Program-made: the position numbers and the translations under genes
Shown here: positions 63,323 through 64,000 of the stretch, in pieces
Layout of the letters: each line of letters starts with the position of its first letter
How positions within the stretch are numbered: the stretch's first letter is position 1
Notes under the pieces: model-generated
Told to the model about the DNA's origin: nothing
Database searches by the model: none
Seen by the model: only the letters and a program-made list of their open reading frames with translations
Source of the DNA: the human T2T-CHM13v2.0 reference genome, Homo sapiens
NCBI GenBank assembly: GCA_009914755.4
Contig: CP086569.2
Span: 13,408,001 to 13,472,000 of the forward strand
Direction of reading: 5' to 3'
DNA: 64,000 bases

Positions 63323-64000
63323 GTCAGAAATATGTTGCTACTTCGCTGCCCCTACTCTTCTGGTACACCTTGGAGGTGAGGTTAATTAGGTCCTGTTATG
63401 GGGTCTTGGAGCTTTATTTAATGTCAGGAGCAGATTGGGCAATAAAATGTATATTGAGAATAAGAAAGCCTTCTGACCTTTCAGGGTCTAGGGCTGTAAA
63501 GCATCTCAGGGTTGCTGCCAAACGAGTCATGAACTGGGCTGGGTTTTTATATTTGATGAAAAAAAGCCTAAATGCTAACTGATTTGGGAGAGGCCGGATA
63601 AAGAAAAAGGAACATTAACCTTGACTGTGCCTTTAGCTCCAGCCACCTCTTTAAGGGAAATTGTTGGACAGGTAGCGGAGGGCTAGTCACAGAAAGAAGC
63701 TGGGCCAGGTGTGAGGAGGGAAGTTGATAGAAGGATTATAGGGTGTGGGAGTGGAGGCTGAGGAAGAATTGGAGCCTGATTCAGCCTGGTGGGGAGCGAC
63801 GTGGGGAGCAGTCTGGGGAGAGAAGAGAGGTCAGATGGGTTGGTAGAAAAGAAAGATCAAAAAGACTAAGCGACACTTGGGGTTGGGAATGAGGGGATGG
63901 TGGGAGGGAAAGAAGAAAGATTTGGCACAAGTCACATTGGGAGCAGAGATTAGGAAGGGACCGATGTGTAAAAGAATGCCTGGACATGAGGCATCTCAGA

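Larger units (their letters stand above)
59413..64000 (-). mobile_element. HERV-H (class I, gammaretrovirus-like) internal region: gag 3' part, pro, pol, env remnant; truncated by the window edge
   Basis: Ordered along the minus strand it shows the gag NC zinc knuckle, protease, RT, RNase H, integrase and the env TM anchor and tail, then the LTR7 3' LTR. The frames differ between domains, so the copy is degenerate. Confidence 0.85.

Overview
This window is primate, almost certainly human, nuclear DNA, not prokaryotic. About half of it is interspersed repeats: roughly 35 Alu copies, several L1 elements including one near-full-length L1PA, MaLR and HERV-H (LTR7) LTRs, and many micro- and minisatellites. 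I see no CRISPR array, defense island or operon, and the ORF-track entries are nearly all repeat-driven artefacts. Two recognitions anchor the locus. First, positions 57-324 hold a compound (TCTG)n(TCTA)n tetranucleotide array. It contains two exact copies of the site I recall as the DYS389 forward primer (CCAACTCTCATCTGTATTATCTATG). This looks like the Y-STR DYS389I/II read on the minus strand, with alleles 13 and 29 by my count. Second, 37.5-44.9 kb on the plus strand carries a decayed copy of SHROOM2 (APXL) that keeps its introns. This is consistent with the X-degenerate pseudogene SHROOM2P1 (APXLP) on Yq11.21. It comprises a 125-bp exon, a ~2.15-kb large exon with multiple frameshifts, and a further exon with an in-frame stop. 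The 3' end of the window (59.0-64.0 kb, minus strand) is the 3' two-thirds of a HERV-H provirus. It has the gag nucleocapsid zinc knuckle, protease, RT, RNase H, integrase, a largely deleted env and the 3' LTR7. A solo LTR7 lies in inverted orientation 25 kb upstream. Structures worth a second look are: a CpG-rich ~50-bp minisatellite that abuts a pseudogene splice acceptor; a 2-kb pure AT block inside a MaLR LTR, bounded by ~40-bp inverted repeats; an L1 twin-priming inversion; and a head-to-head junction between two old L1 fragments. None of these is a novel biological system. All coordinates are read by eye and may be off by ±5-20 bp.
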